Shown here in pieces: positions 27,408 to 30,400 of a stretch of DNA of 30,400 bases (position 1 is the stretch's first letter; every line of letters starts with the position of its first letter). The notes under the pieces are model-generated. The model made no database searches, was not told the DNA's origin, and was given only the letters and a program-made list of their open reading frames with translations. The stretch is from Gemmatimonadota bacterium (GTDB lineage: Bacteria; Gemmatimonadota; Gemmatimonadetes; Gemmatimonadales; Gemmatimonadaceae), in assembly GCA_016794735.1 (NCBI GenBank), contig JAEUJK010000195.1:1-30400 (forward strand), in the 5' to 3' direction. Made by a program: the position numbers and the translations under genes.

Positions 27408-28723
27408 CGAGCCACCACCTGCGGCACGGCGTGGATCGTCGTGCGCTTGATCAACGCCTCGAACTCGGGGCGGAAGTACTGCAGCGCGGACGACACCACG
27501 GTGGCGCACGAGTCGGAGAGGACGCAGATCGTCTTTCCCGTCATGTTGTCGCCGATCGAGAGCAGCGTGTCCAGGTCCTCGGCCGTGCCGTCACCGGCGC
27601 AGATCCGCTCGAGGATCTTGGTCGTCCACGCGGTCCCTTCGCGGCACTGCGTGCACTGGGCGCAGGACTCATGCGCGTAGAAGCGCGCGAGGCGTGCGGC
27701 CTGCCGCGGGATCGACTGCGCATCGTCCATCACGATGCACCCGGCCGAGCCGAGCATCGTGCCGGCGGCCACCATGCCTTCGTAGTCCATCACGGCCGCG
27801 GCGGCCTGCTCCCACGGGATCACCGGCACCGACGACCCACCCGGGATCACCGCCTTGATCTTCCGTCCCTTGGGCGCGCCGCCACACACATCCTGCAGGA
27901 ACTCGCCAAACGGGAACCCCATCTCGACTTCGTAGTTGCCCGGGCGCGCGATGTTGCCGCACACGCTCCAGAGCTTGGTCCCGGTGGACTTGGGGTTGTC
28001 CGGCCGCGACATCTTCTTGTACCAGTCGGCCCCGCGATTGAGGATGTGCGGGACGGCGGTCAGCGTCTCGACGTTGTTGATCGTGGTCGGCTTGCCGAAC
28101 AGGCCGGCCACCGCCGGGAACGGGGGCTTGATGCGCGGGTTGCCGCGCTTGCCCTCGATCGAGTTCATCAGCGCGGTTTCTTCACCGCAGATGTAGGCAC
28201 CGGCGCCCTTGTGCACCCAGACGTTGACCGTCTTGCCGGAGCCCATGGCGTTCTTGCCGATGACGCCGGCCGCGCGCGCGTCCGCGCACGCGCGCTCCAT
28301 CACCTGCAGCGGCTCGGTGAACTCGCCGCGGATGTAGATGAAGCAGTCCTCGGCGCCGATCGCGTACGCGCCGATCGCGCAGCCCTCGATGAGGGCGTGC
28401 GGCGTCCAGCGCATGATCTCGCGATCCTTGAAGGTGCCCGGCTCGGACTCGTCGGCGTTGCAGCACAGGTAGTGCGGCTTGCCGTCGCCGAGCTTCATGA
28501 ACGACCACTTGAGCCCAGTCGGGAAGCCGGCACCGCCGCGACCCCGGAGCCCGGACTCCTTCACCACGTTCTGGATGGCGACCGGGTCCGTACCCAGGGC
28601 ATTGGCGAGGGCCTGGTACCCCCCGCGCTTCTTCCACCCGTCAACCGAACGCGCGTCCGCGTCGCCGAAATGCGTCGACAGGACCTGCGTCTCGCGCGGG
28701 TGGGGTGTGTGGGGAAATCCCAT
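27404..28723 (-). CDS. nuoF: NADH-quinone oxidoreductase subunit F
   Basis: GLRGRGGAGFPTGLKW, NADESEPGTFKDR, GAGAYICGEETAL and ESCAQCTQCREG...C motifs. Confidence 0.97.
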   Translation of the reverse strand: MGFPHTPHPRETQVLSTHFGDADARSVDGWKKRGGYQALANALGTDPVAIQNVVKESGLRGRGGAGFPTGLKWSFMKLGDGKPHYLCCNADESEPGTFKDREIMRWTPHALIEGCAIGAYAIGAEDCFIYIRGEFTEPLQVMERACADARAAGVIGKNAMGSGKTVNVWVHKGAGAYICGEETALMNSIEGKRGNPRIKPPFPAVAGLFGKPTTINNVETLTAVPHILNRGADWYKKMSRPDNPKSTGTKLWSVCGNIARPGNYEVEMGFPFGEFLQDVCGGAPKGRKIKAVIPGGSSVPVIPWEQAAAAVMDYEGMVAAGTMLGSAGCIVMDDAQSIPRQAARLARFYAHESCAQCTQCREGTAWTTKILERICAGDGTAEDLDTLLSIGDNMTGKTICVLSDSCATVVSSALQYFRPEFEALIKRTTIHAVPQVVAR

Positions 28724-28770
28724 TCTCTAGACGGCAGACGGTAGGCAGCGGGCGGCGGGTGCCGACGCAA

Positions 28771-28778
28771 CGTTAGGC
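28771..28778 (+). repeat. Iterated octamer CGTTAGGC, copy 7 (opposite orientation; supplies the TAA stop of nuoE)
   Basis: Plus strand reads cgttaggc at 28771-28778. Confidence 0.7.
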
Positions 28779-29315
28779 ATAGCGCTTCAGGACCTCCGGC
28801 ACGGTCTCGGGCGTGACCGACTCGAGGAAATCGGCGTTCACCATGACCGGCGTGGCAAACCCGCACGCGCCGAGGCACTCGACCTCGATCACGGTGTAAC
28901 GCCCATCCGCGGACGTCACCCCCAACTCGCCGCAGCCGGTCTTCTCCAGGAACGCCTTCACCACGTCCTCCGCGCCGCAGACGTGGCAGGGGGAGGTCGT
29001 GCACACCTGGATGAAGTACTTCCCGACCGGGTGCTGGTGGTACATGGTGTAGAAGGTCACCACCCCCTTCACGTACGCCGGGGTGACGCCGAGGACCGTG
29101 GCCACTTCGGCCATCCCTTCCTCGCTGACCCACCCGCGGGCTTCCTGCACCATCCAGAGCGCGGGCAGGAGGCCGGCCTGGCGCGTGGGATACCGACCGA
29201 GCAGGTCTTCGAGGCGCGCCTTCATCTCCCCGACAAACACGGGAGTGTAGGGCTCGCCGCCGTGGTGACCGGCCTTGATCGTCGCGCCGCCGCTGGCTGA
29301 GGGGCCGTGGCTCAT
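28773..29315 (-). CDS. nuoE: NADH-quinone oxidoreductase subunit E
   Basis: Start ATG 29315 has an upstream GGGGAG (180 aa). LLPALWMVQEARGW, VVTFYTMY, and [2Fe-2S] ligands CTTSPC...ECLGAC. Confidence 0.94.
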   Translation of the reverse strand: MSHGPSASGGATIKAGHHGGEPYTPVFVGEMKARLEDLLGRYPTRQAGLLPALWMVQEARGWVSEEGMAEVATVLGVTPAYVKGVVTFYTMYHQHPVGKYFIQVCTTSPCHVCGAEDVVKAFLEKTGCGELGVTSADGRYTVIEVECLGACGFATPVMVNADFLESVTPETVPEVLKRYA

Positions 29316-29415
29316 CGGTCGATCTCCCCGGTCCGGGCGGTCGTGCTCGCGCGATTCGCGCTGCTCATCGGTCGATCTCTCCCATGACGATGTCAATGCT
29401 CGCGTTGATCGCGAT
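29310..29415. repeat. Degenerate 53-bp tandem duplication of the nuoD 3' end / nuoE start junction
   Basis: Units 29415-29363 and 29362-29310 are identical at 36 of 53 positions in a hand-counted ungapped alignment. The terminal 17 bp (GAGATCGACCGATGAGC on the minus strand) are perfect. Confidence 0.85.
29312..29368 (-). CDS. Putative 18-aa relay mini-ORF, MSSANRASTTARTGEIDR
   Basis: Starts in an ATGA overlap with the nuoD stop and ends in an ATGA overlap with the nuoE start. Translation is unproven. Confidence 0.4.
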   Translation of the reverse strand: MSSANRASTTARTGEIDR

Positions 29416-30400
29416 GACGTCGGACAACAGGTGTCCTTCCACCATCTTCGGGATCGCGGACAGGTTCACGTAGGACGGCGGACGGATGCGCCAGCGTACC
29501 GGCTTGGAGCTGCCGTCGGACACCATGTAGTAGCCCTTCTCGCCCTTCGGGCTCTCCACGGCGACATACGCCTCACCGGCCGGCGGGCGCGGGCCTTCCA
29601 TCACCTGCTTGAAGTGATGGATCATCGACTCCATCTCGCTCGTCGCCTTGGACTTCGGCGGCAGGATGACGCGTGCGTCGTCCACGTTGATCGGGCCATC
29701 CGGCAACCGCTTCGCCGCCTGCTCGAGGATGCGCACCGACTGCCGCAACTCCTCCATGCGCACGAGGAAGCGATCGTACACGTCGCCCGCGCTGCCCACC
29801 GGGACCTCGAAGTCGTAGGTCTCGTAGTCGAGGTACGGGAAGTCCTTGCGCACGTCGTACGCGACGCCAGCCGCGCGCACCATCGGGCCCGACAAGCCGT
29901 AGTTCACGGCATCGGTCGCATTCAACGCCCCGATCCCGATCGTGCGGCCCACCCAGATCCCGTTGCGGGTGACCATCTTGTCGACTTCGGCGATGGTCCG
30001 CGGGAAGGTCTTGATGAACTCCGCGAGCTGGTCGGTCCACCCATCCGGGATGTCCGCCGCCATCCCGCCCACGCGAGTGAGCGACGTGGTCAGGCGTGCG
30101 CCGATCCAGGCCTCGAGCAGGTTGTACACGCGCTCGCGCTCCTGGAAGGCCCACAGGAACGGCGTGAAGGCGCCGATGTCGATGCAGGTCGTGCCCAGCC
30201 AGACCAGGTGCGAGATGATCCGCGACAGCTCCATCGCGATAACCCGGAGCACCGTGCACCGCGGCGTGATCTCGATCCCGAAGAGCCGCTCCGCGCCTAA
30301 CGCGAAGGCGACGTTGTTCCCGGGGGAGTTGAGGTAGTCCTCACGATCCGTCCACGGGATGATCTGGTTGTACTGGCGATACTCGCCGATCTTCTCGAAC
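29365..30400 (-). CDS. nuoD: NADH-quinone oxidoreductase subunit D (3' part only; 5' end lies outside the window)
   Basis: The frame is open to the window edge (FEKIGEYRQYNQIIPWTDREDYLN...). ELSRIISHL, ERERVYNLLE..IGARLT, VESPKGEKG and C-terminal IDIVMGEIDR motifs. Confidence 0.96.
   Translation of the reverse strand, partial: FEKIGEYRQYNQIIPWTDREDYLNSPGNNVAFALGAERLFGIEITPRCTVLRVIAMELSRIISHLVWLGTTCIDIGAFTPFLWAFQERERVYNLLEAWIGARLTTSLTRVGGMAADIPDGWTDQLAEFIKTFPRTIAEVDKMVTRNGIWVGRTIGIGALNATDAVNYGLSGPMVRAAGVAYDVRKDFPYLDYETYDFEVPVGSAGDVYDRFLVRMEELRQSVRILEQAAKRLPDGPINVDDARVILPPKSKATSEMESMIHHFKQVMEGPRPPAGEAYVAVESPKGEKGYYMVSDGSSKPVRWRIRPPSYVNLSAIPKMVEGHLLSDVIAINASIDIVMGEIDR
30295..30302 (-). repeat. 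Iterated octamer CGTTAGGC, copy 8 (inside nuoD, GCG TTA GGC)
   Basis: Plus strand reads gcctaacg at 30295-30302. Confidence 0.7.

Noticed and set aside
3365-28769. Shared 10-mer TGCCGACGCA just after the mqnA and nuoE stop codons
   Set aside because: There are only two copies of a GC-rich 10-mer with no extended similarity, which is plausible by chance in 30 kb.
28724-28802. Possible 32-bp decayed duplication of the nuoE 3' end, including a 7/8 octamer variant (CGGTAGGC at 28739-28746)
   Set aside because: About 18/32 identity in GC-rich DNA is too weak, GCC TAC-type sequences are common, and no relay ORF links nuoE to nuoF.
4215-29396. ORF-track N-terminal extensions of mqnE, acpP, fabG, nuoL, nuoI, nuoG and nuoE, and the alternative 19452-20846 ORF
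   Set aside because: They run through upstream genes in another frame. Downstream starts coincide with stop/start overlaps or SD motifs and with the expected protein N-termini.
1892-30302. TTAGGC inside the octamer matches the nematode telomere repeat
   Set aside because: The copies are isolated, never tandem, and embedded in-frame in bacterial genes, so the match is coincidental.
237-30337. Long plus-strand ORFs (e.g. 730-2127, 3120-5405, 11474-13132, 16323-18002, 20159-22255, 22307-23824, 27431-28744)
   Set aside because: They lie antisense to well-supported genes, have R/G/A/P-rich translations with no recognisable motifs, and are the expected shadow ORFs of GC-rich codon usage.
29365-30400. 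Absence of nuoA/B/C, mqnB/mqnD and ispD as pathway loss
   Set aside because: nuoD is cut by the window edge, and these genes are likely upstream or elsewhere in the genome. Absence from this window is uninformative.

Overview
This window is core chromosome from a high-GC bacterium (roughly 68-70% GC by eye). The protein styles and gene order suggest Gemmatimonadota, which is an inference without a database search. All 31 recognisable genes lie on the minus strand and are very tightly packed. In transcription order (right to left) they are: nuoD(partial)-E-F-G-H-I-J-K-L-M-N (complex I); phosphomannomutase/phosphoglucomutase; a UPF0182-like membrane protein; sucC-sucD; ndk; yceD-rpmF-plsX-fabH-fabD-fabG-acpP-fabF; mqnE-mqnA-mqnC (futalosine menaquinone pathway); ispF; dedA; xerD; and an M19 dipeptidase (partial). 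I found no rRNA, tRNA, CRISPR array or mobile element. The most notable observations are: (1) a non-palindromic octamer CGTTAGGC/GCCTAACG occurring 8 times, which accounts for 6 of the 7 in-frame TTA codons I found and for two stop codons; (2) a decayed 53-bp tandem duplication of the nuoD-nuoE junction that creates an 18-codon relay ORF ending in the same GEIDR as NuoD; (3) a sigma70-like, near-leaderless promoter with a 9-bp inverted repeat in front of the fab/mqn gene run; (4) an MqnE with a Cx5Cx2C radical-SAM motif; and (5) several atypical complex I subunit architectures.
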